Source: Macrostomum hystrix
Lineage: Eukaryota; Animalia; Platyhelminthes
Length of the DNA stretch: 64,000 bases
NCBI GenBank assembly: GCA_950097015.1
Contig: CATNEN010000038.1
Coordinates: 6,386,001 to 6,450,000 of the forward strand
Reading direction: 5' to 3'
Below, in pieces: positions 33,747-56,253 of this stretch (positions within the stretch are counted from its first letter, which is position 1; every line of letters begins with the position of its first letter). The notes beneath the pieces were generated by a model. That model was not told the DNA's origin. It saw only the letters and a program-made list of their open reading frames with translations, and searched no databases. The position numbers and the translations under genes are program-made.

Positions 33747-36700
33747 ATGGTGAGTGTGAGCTCACTGCTTGTAGGTGAAGGGACAGAATTTAGGTGAGAG
33801 AGAAAAGGTAGGTGAGGTAGAGAAAGTAGGTGAGGGAGAGAAGGTAGGTGAGGGAGAGAAAGTAGGTGAGGGAGAGAAAGTAGGTGAGGAAGAAAAAGTA
33901 GGTGAGGGAGCGAAGGTAGGTGAGGTAGAGAAAGTAGGTGAGGGAGAGAAAGTAGGTGCGGGAGAAAAAGTAGGTGAGGGAGAGAACGTAGGTGAGGGAG
34001 AGAAGGTAGGTGAGGGAGCGAAGGTAGGTGAGGAAGAAAAAGTAGGTGAGGGAGAGAAAGTAGGTGAGGGAGAGAAGGTAGGTGAGGTAGAGAAAGTAGG
34101 TGAGGGAGAGAAAGTAGGTGAGGGAGAGAAAGTAGGTGAGGGAGAGAAAGTAGGTGAGGGAGAGAAAGTAGGTGAGGGAGAGAAAGTAGGTGAGGGAGAG
34201 AAAGTAGGTAAAGGAGAGAAAGTAGGTGAGGGAGAGAAAGTAGGTGAGGGAGAGAAGGTAGGTGAGGTAGAGAAAGTAGGTGAGGTAGATAAAGTAGGTG
34301 AGGGAGAGAAGGTAGGTGAGGGAGAGAAAGTAGGTGAGGGAGAGAAAGTAGGTAAAGGAGAGAAAGTAGGTGAGGGAGAGAAAGTAGGTGAGGGAGAGAA
34401 AGTAGGTGAGGTAGAGAAAGTAGGTGAGGTAGATAAAGTAGGTGAGGGAGCGAAGGTAGGTGAGGGAGAGAAAGTAGGTGAGGGAGAGAAAGTAGGTGAG
34501 GAAGAAAAAGTAGGTGAGGGAGAGAAAGTAGGTGAGGGAGAGAAAGTAGGTGAGGGAGAAAAAGTAGGTGAGGGAGAGAAAGTAGGTGAGGGAGAGAAAG
34601 TAGGTGAGGGAGAGAAAGTAGGTAAAGGAGAGAAAGTAGATGAGGGAGAAAAAGTAGGTGAGGGAGAGAAAGTAGGTGAGGGAGAGAAAGTAGGTGAGGG
34701 AGAGAAAGTAGGTAAAGGAGAGAAAGTAGATGAGGGAGAGAAAGTAGATGAGGGAGAGAAAGTAGGTGAGGGAGAGAAAGTAGGTAAAGGAGAGAAAGTA
34801 GATGAGGGAGAGAAAGTAGGTGAGGGAGAGAAAGTAGGTAAAGGAGAGAAAGTAGATGAGGGAGAGAAAGTAGGTGAGGGAGAGAAAGTAGGTGAGGGAG
34901 AGAAAGTAGGTAAAGGAGAGAAAGTAGATGAGGGAGAGAAAGTAGGTGAGGGAGAGAAAGTAGGTGAGGGAGAGAAAGTAGGTGAGGGAGAAAAAGTAGG
35001 TGAGGGAGAGAAAGTAGATGAGGGAGAGAAAGTAGGTGAGGGAGAGAAAGTAGGTGAGGGAGAAAAAGTAGGTGAGGGAGAGAAAGTAGGTGAGGGAGAG
35101 AAAGTAGGTAAAGGAGAGAAAGTAGATGCGGGAGAGAAAGTAGGTGAGGGAGAAAAAGTAGGTGAGGGAGAGAAAGTAGATGAGGGAGAGAAAGTAGGTG
35201 AGGGAGAGAAAGTAGGTGAGGGAGAAAAAGTAGGTGAGGGAGAGAAAGTAGGTGAGGGAGAGAAAGTAGGTAAAGGAGAGAAAGTAGGTGAGGGAGAGAA
35301 AGTAGGTGAGGGAGAAAAAGTAGGTGAGGGAGAGAAAGTAGGTGAGGGAGAGAAAGTAGGTAAAGGAGAGAAAGTAGATGAGGGAGAGAAAGTAGGTGAG
35401 GGAGAGAAAGTAGGTGAGGGAGAGAAAGTAGGTGAGGGAGAAAAAGTAGGTAAAGGAGAGAAAGTAGATGAGGGAGAGAAAGTAGGTGAGGGAGAGAAAG
35501 TAGGTGAGGGAGAGAAAGTAGTTGAGGGAGCGAAGGTAGGTGAGGGAGAGAAAGTAGGTGAGGGAGAGAAAGTAGGTGAGGGAGAGAAAGTAGGTAAAGG
35601 AGAGAAAGTAGATGAGGGAGAGAAAGTAGGTGAGGGAGAGAAAGTAGGTGAGGGAGAGAAAGTAGGTGAGGTAGAGAAAGTAGGTGAGGGAGAGAAAGTA
35701 GATGAGGGAGAGAAAGTAGGTGAGGGAGAGAAAGTAGGTGAGGGAGAAAAAGTAGGTGAGGGAGAGAAAGTAGGTGAGGGAGAGAAAGTAGGTAAAGGAG
35801 AGAAAGTAGATGCGGGAGAGAAAGTAGGTGAGGGAGAAAAAGTAGGTGAGGGAGAGAAAGTAGATGAGGGAGAGAAAGTAGGTGAGGGAGAGAAAGTAGG
35901 TGAGGGAGAAAAAGTAGGTGAGGGAGAGAAAGTAGGTGAGGGAGAGAAAGTAGGTGAGGGAGAGAAAGTAGGTGAGGGAGAGAAAGTAGGTAAAGGAGAG
36001 AAAGTAGATGAGGGAGAGAAAGTAGGTGAGGGAGAGAAAGTAGGTGAGGGAGAGAAAGTAGGTGAGGGAGAAAAAGTAGGTGAGGGAGAGAAAGTAGATG
36101 AGGGAGAGAAAGTAGGTGAGGGAGAGAAAGTAGGTGAGGGAGAAAAAGTAGGTGAGGGAGAGAAAGTAGGTGAGGGAGAGAAAGTAGGTAAAGGAGAGAA
36201 AGTAGATGCGGGAGAGAAAGTAGGTGAGGGAGAAAAAGTAGGTGAGGGAGAGAAAGTAGATGAGGGAGAGAAAGTAGGTGAGGGAGAGAAAGTAGGTGAG
36301 GGAGAAAAAGTAGGTGAGGGAGAGAAAGTAGGTGAGGGAGAGAAAGTAGGTAAAGGAGAGAAAGTAGGTGAGGGAGAGAAAGTAGGTGAGGGAGAAAAAG
36401 TAGGTGAGGGAGAGAAAGTAGGTGAGGGAGAGAAAGTAGGTAAAGGAGAGAAAGTAGATGAGGGAGAGAAAGTAGGTGAGGGAGAGAAAGTAGGTGAGGG
36501 AGAGAAAGTAGGTGAGGGAGAAAAAGTAGGTAAAGGAGAGAAAGTAGATGAGGGAGAGAAAGTAGGTGAGGGAGAGAAAGTAGGTGAGGGAGAGAAAGTA
36601 GTTGAGGGAGCGAAGGTAGGTGAGGGAGAGAAAGTAGTTGAGGGAGCGAAGGTAGGTGAGGGAGAGAAAGTGGGTGCGGGAGAGAAAGTAGGTGAGGGAG

Positions 36701-39700
36701 AGAAAGTAGGTGAGGTAGAAAAAGTAGGTGAGGGAGAGAAAGTAGGTGAGGGAGAGAAAGTAGGTGAGGGAGAGAAAGTAGGTAAAGGAGAGAAAGTAGA
36801 TGAGGGAGAAAAAGTAGGTGAGGGAGAGAAAGTAGGTGAGGGAGAGAAAGTAGGTGAGGGAGAGAAAGTAGGTAAAGGAGAGAAAGTAGATGAGGGAGAG
36901 AAAGTAGATGAGGGAGAGAAAGTAGGTGAGGGAGAGAAAGTAGGTGAGGGAGAGAAAGTAGGTGAGGGAGAGAAAGTAGGTAAAGGAGAGAAAGTAGATG
37001 AGGGAGAGAAAGTAGGTGAGGGAGAGAAAGTAGGTAAAGGAGAGAAAGTAGATGAGGGAGAGAAAGTAGGTGAGGGAGAGAAAGTAGGTGAGGGAGAGAA
37101 AGTAGGTAAAGGAGAGAAAGTAGATGAGGGAGAGAAAGTAGGTGAGGGAGAGAAAGTAGGTGAGGGAGAGAAAGTAGGTGAGGGAGAAAAAGTAGGTGAG
37201 GGAGAGAAAGTAGATGAGGGAGAGAAAGTAGGTGAGGGAGAGAAAGTAGGTGAGGGAGAAAAAGTAGGTGAGGGAGAGAAAGTAGGTGAGGGAGAGAAAG
37301 TAGGTAAAGGAGAGAAAGTAGATGAGGGAGAGAAAGTAGGTGAGGGAGAAAAAGTAGGTGAGGGAGAGAAAGTAGATGAGGGAGAGAAAGTAGGTGAGGG
37401 AGAGAAAGTAGGTGAGGGAGAAAAAGTAGGTGAGGGAGAGAAAGTAGGTGAGGGAGAGAAAGTAGGTAAAGGAGAGAAAGTAGGTGAGGGAGAGAAAGTA
37501 GGTGAGGGAGAAAAAGTAGGTGAGGGAGAGAAAGTAGGTGAGGGAGAGAAAGTAGGTGAGGGAGAGAAAGTAGGTAAAGGAGAGAAAGTAGGTGAGGGAG
37601 AGAAAGTAGGTGAGGGAGAAAAAGTAGGTGAGGGAGAGAAAGTAGGTGAGGGAGAGAAAGTAGGTAAAGGAGAGAAAGTAGATGAGGGAGAGAAAGTAGA
37701 TGAGGGAGAGAAAGTAGATGCGGGAGAGAAAGTAGGTGAGGGAGAAAAAGTAGGTGAGGGAGAGAAAGTAGATGAGGGAGAGAAAGTAGGTGAGGGAGAG
37801 AAAGTAGGTGAGGGAGAGAAAGTAGGTGAGGGAGAGAAAGTAGGTGAGGGAGCGAAGGTAGGTGAGGGAGAGAAAGCAGGTGAGGGAGAGAAAGTAGGTG
37901 AGGGAGAGAAAGTGGGTGCGGGAGAGAAAGCAGGTGAGGGAGAGAAAGTAGGTGAGGGAGAGAAAGTAGGTGAGTCGAGAATCCGGTTATTAAAGCATAA
38001 AAGCAGTTGCAGCAGGCAGCAACAGGTGGATCTTAAAGTCGCTCTAATCCGGTCTCAAATCACAGATTTGTTTTTCTCGAGCCAGAAGATCCTGCCTGAT
38101 GTGGCTGATGCTCGGATTGCTAGGCCTAGTCTGCATTGTGGCCTATCAGTACAGCGACGAGATGAGCTCCTACCTCAGCTACCAAATGAGAACTTTTCCT
38201 AGCCTGCAGATGCAAAGTCAATCAAAAACAGGCCAGGCTAGATGCTTTAGCGTGGAGTTCAATCAGGATGAGGTGAGCAGTCAATTAAATCCTGATTCCA
38301 TTGTCAATCCTGATCCCATTGTCAACCCTGATCCCATTGTCAACCCTGATCCCATTGTCAATCCTGATCCCATTGTCAATCCAGATCCCATTATCAATCC
38401 TCTATTGTCAAACCTGATCCCATAATCAATCCTGATCCCATTGTCAATGGTGATTCTATTGTCGATCCCTGCAGCTCAGTCGGGCCTGCCTCTATCAGAC
38501 GGACCGGCGGCCCCTCTGCCGACTGAAGAGTGTCAGTCATCTCAACCAATCAGAGTTTATCTCGGCGACACTGCGAGTGCCCGGCAATCAGCCAATCAGA
38601 GCGCTGGTCCACCCTCCATGGGATCTGATCTCGCTGTCCGTGCTAAAATGGGGCCGTTGGGAGGCGCCGCTGATGCAGTTTATGCAGGGCGCGTTGAGGG
38701 CGGCTCCCGGGGCCGGACTGCTGGATGTGGGCAGCCAGTTGGGTGTTTACAGCCTGCTGGCTGCTGGCATGGGCCGGCAGGCCGTGGCTATTGATGCCTT
38801 CTACCAGGTGAGACTCATTCGCTTCCCAAACTCCTCCGATCCCACTTCCCCAACTCCCACAACCCAAACTCCACCGATACAAATATCCATAAATACACTA
38901 ACACCACTTCATACTACCCCATTTCCACTAATCTCACTTCCCCAACTCCAATGATCCCACTTCCCCCAACTTCATCGATCCCACTTCCCCAACTCCACCG
39001 ATCCCACTTCCCTAACTCTATTGATCCCACTTCCTCAACTCCATCGATCCCACTTCCCACTTCCCCAACTCCATCGATCCCACTTCCCCAATTCCACTGA
39101 TCCCACTTCCCTAACTCCATTGATCCCACTTCCACAACTCCATTGATCCCACTTCCCCAACTCCATTGATCCCACTTCCCTAACTCCGTTGATCCCACAT
39201 CCGTAAACTTGTTTCCCGCTGTCCATCGCAGAACTCGATCCGGCTGTTCGCGTCGGTGGCAGCCAACGGGTTCCAGGACCGAGTGCGGGTGTACTGGAAC
39301 GCACTGTCCGAGAGCAGCAACGGCAAGATGAACATGTTTCTGCCAAACGACTGCAACATCGGCGGCGGCGGGCCTGTGAAAGCGATCAGCGGCAAAAATG
39401 GAAGCAAAAAAATCGACTTGATCGACGTGAGGACTGCCACCCTGGACGACATCGTGATCGGCGACGGCTGCTTTCCTGGAGTGAAGGAGCTGGTGGTGAA
39501 GGCGGACATGGAGGGTCACGAGTGGCTGGTCATGGCCACCGGCGCTGGAGTCTTCAAGAAGTTCAAAGTCCTCCTGATAATGATGGAGTGGGAAGGCACC
39601 AAGTTAAACCTGCCGCACAAGGCGCCGGGCATCATCGAGTTCTACGCGTCGCGCGGCCTCCTGCCGCACAGCCTGAGCGGCGGAGTGTTGAAGCAGCTGG

Positions 39701-39798
39701 ACAAGGAAGGCTTCAAGAGCTGGCCCTGGGATGTTTTTTGGGCCACCAGGGAGTTCGCTTCCTCGGTGCCCGGCATTGGCCGCTGGTGGCTGCGTTAG
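33747..39798 (+). CDS. FkbM-family type II membrane methyltransferase, copy 3 (intact)
   Basis: Exons 33747-33749 (ATG|gtgagt, inferred), 38066-38272 ([10 protein letters not shown] plus [19 protein letters not shown]; ctaat branch point before the acceptor), 38475-38807, 39232-39798; all phase 0. Same motifs as copies 1 and 2. Confidence 0.87.
33790..37975. repeat. 4.2-kb purine-rich 18 bp minisatellite (gtaggtgagggagagaaa), intron 1 of copy 3
   Basis: About 230 units; identical blocks recur at a 1080-bp offset (e.g. 34981 vs 36061). Confidence 0.97.
38285..38450. repeat. 18 bp minisatellite (cctgatcccattgtcaat), intron 2 of copy 3
   Basis: Tandem units between exons 38272 and 38475. Confidence 0.88.
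38820..39200. repeat. 23 bp minisatellite (gatcccacttccccaactcc), last intron of copy 3
   Basis: Reverse complement of the arrays in copies 1 and 2, so the same orientation relative to the transcript. Confidence 0.88.
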
Positions 39799-39879
39799 AT
39801 AACTTTGCGTCAAATAGCAACAGCTGGAGAGTGGGATCAGTATCTTAAGAAATAAGGACACTTCAGCTGGGATATTTAT

Positions 39880-40592
39880 TGATTGGGAAATGCGATCGAT
39901 ACAGTTGAGGAAGAGGATGAATAAAGTTTGGGATGTGCGATCAATAAAGTTGGAGAACTGTGATTGATTACGTTGGGGAAATGGGATCGATAAAGTTGGG
40001 GAAATGGGATCGATGAAGCTGGGGAAGTGGGATCAATGAAGCTGGGAAAGTGGGATCAATGAAGCTGGGGAAGTGGCATGATAAAGTTGGGGAAATGGGA
40101 TCGATAGAGTTAAGGAAACGGGATCGATAAAGTTGGGGAAATGGGATCGATAAAGCTGGGGAAGTGGGATCGATGAAGCTGGGGAACTGGCATGATAAAG
40201 TTGGGGAAATGGGATCGATAGAGTTAAGGAAACGGGATCGATAAAGTTGGGGAAACGGGATCAATAAAGTTGGGGAAATGGGATCGATAAAGCTGGGGAA
40301 GTGGGATCGATGAAGCTGGGGAAGTGGGATCGATGAAGCTGGGGAAATGGGATGATAAAGCTCGGGAAATGGGATCGATAAAGCTGGGGAAATGGGATCG
40401 ATAAAGCTGGGGAAATGGGATCGATAAAGCTGGGGAAATGGGATCGATAAAGCTGGGGAAATGGGATCGATAAAGCTGAGGAAATGGGATCGATAAAGTT
40501 GGGGAAATGGGATCGATAAAGCTGGGGAAATGGGATCGATAAAGTTGGGGAAATGGGATCGATAAAGTTGGGGAAATGGGATCGATAAAGCT
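39880..40592. repeat. 23 bp minisatellite (ggggaaatgggatcgataaagct)
   Basis: Variant of the ggggaagtgggatc family, 3' of copy 3 and inverted relative to 38820-39200. Confidence 0.9.
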
Positions 40593-40829
40593 AGATATTT
40601 CACGTGTGGTTGTAGCGCTTAATTTTAGGTTTTATTTCATGACAAATTAATAAGAGTTTATAATATTAGTTACGCTAAAAATGATATAAGTGATGCTTTT
40701 TCAATCTGCACTTAACTTATCACAATTAAATATGAGTTAATCAAATTTTTCATTATTTCATTAATTGTTAAAACAATGTCTCTAGTCATTGCCAGAATCG
40801 CAGCGAGAAAAGTCGCCTAGACCTCAAAA

Positions 40830-41305
40830 CTGTTAGACAGGACCCCAAGCTGTTAGACAGGACCCCAAGCTGTTAGACAGAATCCCAAGATGTTAGACAG
40901 GACCCCAAGCTGTTAGACAGGACCCCAAGCTGTTAGAAAGGACCCCAAGCTGTTAGACATAATCCCAAGCTGTTAGACAGAATCCCAAGATGTTAGACAG
41001 GACCCCAAGCAGTTAGACAGGACCCCAAGCTGTTAGACAGTACCCCAAGCACTTAGACAGGACCCCAAGCAGTTAGACAGGACCCCAAGCAGTTAGACAG
41101 GACCCCAAGCTGTAAGACAGTACCCCAAGCTGTAAGACAGTACCCCAAGCTGTAAGACAGTACCCCAAGCTGTAAGACAGTACCCCAAGCTGTAAGACAG
41201 GACCCCAAGCAGTTAGACAGGACCCCAAGATGTTAGACAGAATCCCAAGCTGTTAGACAGTACCCCAAGCTGTTATACAAGACCCCAATCTGTTAGACAG
41301 GACCC
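40830..41305. repeat. 20 bp minisatellite (tgttagacaggaccccaagc)
   Basis: About 24 units. Confidence 0.95.
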
Positions 41306-41731
41306 TCATCAGTCAGACTGGTTGCAATGAATTCAGCATTGGTCGAAGCGTGGGAAAAAGCATTAATTGCTAATCTGCGCAGAATCATATTTCTCGGGCC
41401 TCTATAATTCGCAGGAAATTGAAGCTGGTGTCTAAGACACTTAAAGCAAGTTAATTTTGTTTCAATGAAGTAAATCGGCAAACGAGTTTTTGTGGCTCAT
41501 AATATTTTTTGCTACAATAAGTTTACGCGTTTACGTGCTCGTACAAGGTTATAATTAAAAATAACTTAAAAATAGCGGTCTTTACAAAAAGTATAGGCTG
41601 ATGAATTGGCCAACGAAAACGCATTACATTTTTTTGATTCGAGCTTTAAGAGGCTTAACAGTAGTAATCATGTAGTCATACAAATTTATATCGATATTCG
41701 CGCTATACAGACAATATGGATTCGTTTATAA

Positions 41732-42031
41732 TGCAGTCACCAGTGACACACCTGTGCAGTCACCAGTGACACACCTGTGCAGTCACCAGTGACACACCTG
41801 TGCAGTCACCAGTGACACACCTGTACAGTCACCAGTGACACACCTGTACAGTCACCAGTGACACACCTGTGCAGTCACCAGTGACACACCTGTGCAGTCA
41901 CCAGTGACACACCTGTGCAGTCATCAGTCACACACCTGTGCAGTCACCAGTGACACACCTGTGCAGTCACCAGTCACACACCTGTGCAGTCACCAGTGAC
42001 ACACCTGTGCAGTCACCAGTGACACACCTGT
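41732..42031. repeat. 23 bp minisatellite (gcagtcaccagtgacacacctgt)
   Basis: About 13 units, 3' of the Ly6 gene. Confidence 0.95.
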
Positions 42032-42124
42032 AGTCTGCAGGATATTTTAAATGAGCGTGTTAGCAGTTTGTGAAAGTTTTGATCATAACTCGAGCACCCA
42101 TCACAAGATGATGATTCTACAAAG

Positions 42125-42475
42125 TCAGATCTGAGCAGTCAGAGACGTCGCCACGGTGACTAACAGCAGAGCTGCAAACAAGCTGCCAGCGCTAACCTTG
42201 TTGTTGCTTGTGGCCGCATTGCACAATGCAGTGTTGCAGCAGTAGACAATCTTTGGCACGGATATGCACGAGTCCACAGCGCTGCGACTGGTCTCGCCAG
42301 CGAACTCCGACTTGCGGCAATAGGCGCCAGTGGCCGTGGGTGTCAGGAGCCCGACAGTGTTGCACTGGCTGCAAGAAAAGCATAAAGTGCTGCTGCCGTC
42401 ATTCACCTCGGCTGCAGCCGGAGCTGCTGCTACTAGGAGCAGGAAGAGGGCTGCCAGTGTAACAGCTGTACGCAT
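42125..42475 (-). CDS. Ly6/uPAR (three-finger, CD59-like) GPI-anchored protein, single coding exon, 116 aa
   Basis: Signal peptide, LCFSCSQC...YCRK...SC...YCCNTALCN, and a C-terminal hydrophobic GPI-signal-like tail. Confidence 0.9.
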   Translation of the reverse strand: MRTAVTLAALFLLLVAAAPAAAEVNDGSSTLCFSCSQCNTVGLLTPTATGAYCRKSEFAGETSRSAVDSCISVPKIVYCCNTALCNAATSNNKVSAGSLFAALLLVTVATSLTAQI

Positions 42476-43144
42476 TCTGATTGTTGAGCTGAGCAGCCTC
42501 GAAGAAATCGGTCAGGATACGCAAATTGCCCAGCTCTTTATTTCTCTCTCGCAGCCCTTCCGATCATCTCATTGGTTGGCTGAGGCATGGGAGGAGCAGC
42601 AATAGCCACACGGAGAGAGAAAGGTGAAAATGTTGTACTTAATGACCTCAGAACTGTAAATAATATATTTTCGCGTGTGTCAAGGGCACAGGGCGAAGCA
42701 AGTGACTAAGAGTAAACAATAAGACCTGTTTACAGCTGTCTGGCCGGGTACTTAACATACAGTGTTGACCTTCAGTCTGGCTAAAGCCACTCGACACATT
42801 GGCGCCTGAGCAGACCAACTCCCCCCCCTAGTGCTGACAGAGCTGCTTGAGCACAAATGTAACTTTGAGCATGTCTAGAAAGCCTTTGAAAGCTCAAGGG
42901 ACTTTAGCTAAACCATAGATACAAAGGCTCAAATAATTAAGCTTTTCTTCACTATATTTCTATGGCTGAAATGCACAAGCTGGAAACAATTTTTTTTCAC
43001 AGTATCGCAAAAATTTATTCGATATAAATGGCCAGTTAAGGTTGGTGTACTTTCTCTAGATAATACTTGCAATTCAGTGTGATACGATAAATAATTAGGT
43101 ATTAGAAATTCACTATCTAAACACACTACAACATCTAGTTAGTT

Positions 43145-43388
43145 AATAATAATTTATTACACTGGCCCCAATTGGCCCAGATGTGAAGTCTACAGCACAG
43201 CCGCAGCTATTGCGCGGCGCATCTGAAAACTGTGTACGGCTGTTCAGTGCGTAACAGCTGGGTGAACTGAAGCAATGCTGGGTCAAGTGTCTTGCTAAAG
43301 GGCGCAAATTGTTCCACTGGAGTCGGGAATCGAACCTCCGACCCTTCAAGTTGTGAGTCTGAGACTCTAATCACAAGGCTACAACCTC
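43145..43388 (-). mobile_element. SINE family B copy
   Basis: The reverse complement aligns with 24674-24965 (head, CORE-like domain, gatgcgccgcgca, AT-rich tail). Confidence 0.75.
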
Positions 43389-43502
43389 TGATTAAGGCAG
43401 GGTGGTTGGTCGCGGCCGCAATGACCTCAAAAACACAGAGAAAGATGAAAATGTTTTACTTAATGACCTAAGAACTAAAAATAATATATTTTCGTCTGCG
43501 AA

Positions 43503-43746
43503 AGCATCCACAGACACACCACAGCATCCACAGACACACCACAGCATCCACAGACACACCACAGCATCTACAGACACACCACAGCATCCACAGATACACC
43601 ACAGCATCCACAGACACACCACAGCATCCACAGACACACCACAGCATCCACAGACACACCACAGCATCCACAGACACACCACAGCATCTACAGACACACC
43701 ACAGCATCCACAGACACACCACAGCATCCACAGACACACCACAGCA
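43503..43746. repeat. 20 bp minisatellite (acagcatccacagacacacc)
   Basis: 12 near-identical units. Confidence 0.95.
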
Positions 43747-44029
43747 ACTATTAAAAAGAATGAAACTAAAAGACCAATTTAAATCTCTTGCAATCGAATT
43801 GCCCAGATAGAGAAACCACAGGCATATACGCAATTAAAGTTAATTGCATGACTGTTTTACAGCGAATCAACGCTGCATTTTTCGCAAGCGAGAGCATTAA
43901 TTAAAATAAAGTCTTGCGACAGCAAATCAATTAATGGTTTGGGCTTGTCATTATTTTAGGGTTTGTTAAAAATCGAAAAAATGTGTTCAAAACCAGCTCG
44001 TTTGAGAGAAGAGAAAAAATGAATTGAAG

Positions 44030-44275
44030 AGCAATAGAAAGATAGAGGGGGAGAGAGGGAACGAGGGAAAGAGGGGAAGAGGAAGAGAGAGAAGAGGAGG
44101 AGGGGAGAGTGGAAGAGAGGGGAGGGGAGAGTGGAAGAGAGGGGAGTGGAGAGTGGAAGAGAAGGAGGGAGAGTGGAAGAGAGGGGAGAAGAGAGTGGAA
44201 GAGAGGGGAGGGGAGAGTGGAAGAGAGGGGAGGGGAGAGTGGAAGAGAGAGGGAGAGATGGAGAGTGAGAGTCTG
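44030..44275. repeat. Polypurine low-complexity tract
   Basis: Degenerate gagagtggaagagagggg units. Confidence 0.8.
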
Positions 44276-44719
44276 AAGAATGGGATACATAAGGATATAT
44301 AGGAGTATATAGGGAATGAGAGTATGTATCAATAGTAAATAAAAAGTCTAAGTTGGAAGTTGCTGTTAGCAAATGTACAAACACGAATTGGTTGGCACTA
44401 GAATTAGCAACTATTTAAAAGAGAAAATGTCGGAAATACGGTTCGTAATGCCTTGAGTACCAGTTGAAAGAAGACATTTAAAAGATCTCTGCCTGCCGAG
44501 CGCTCGATGCTTGAAAGTCGGAAAACACAAGTAAAACTTTGATACACATTCGCTTGTGAAGAGAGTAAGAGAAAATACTAATGTTACATAATTTGAGGAA
44601 ATTTGCATTTAAAATCCGACTACACTGACTTTTATGTGACGTAACTAGGAAAAATACGAAAATTATTTAGAATAGAGAATGGCGATTGTGTGAGAGTGTC
44701 TTAATATTGGAAAAATCCT

Positions 44720-44826
44720 AGATTTAGGAAATTTAGGAAAGTCTTTGATTTAGGAAAGTCGACGATTTAGGAAAGTCGACGATTTAGGAAAGTCGACAAT
44801 TTAGGAAAGTCGACGATTTAGGAAAG

Positions 44827-44828
<2 letters not shown>
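44720..44828. repeat. 17 bp repeat (gatttaggaaagtcgac) abutting the stop codon of the KIAA1549-like gene
   Basis: About 6 units; the last one overlaps the tca stop at 44827-44829. Confidence 0.8.

Positions 44829-56253
<11,425 letters not shown>

Noticed and set aside
33775-38202. 1475-aa (GEGEKV)n ORF
   Set aside because: The 18-bp unit simply lacks stops in one frame, the ORF starts at GTG, and it lies in the inferred first intron of MT3, out of frame with the TM exon.
19878-39798. Bacterial contamination or very recent HGT for the FkbM genes and FTCD
   Set aside because: All have spliceosomal introns at conserved positions and host repeats. Ancient HGT of the FkbM family cannot be judged without a phylogeny.
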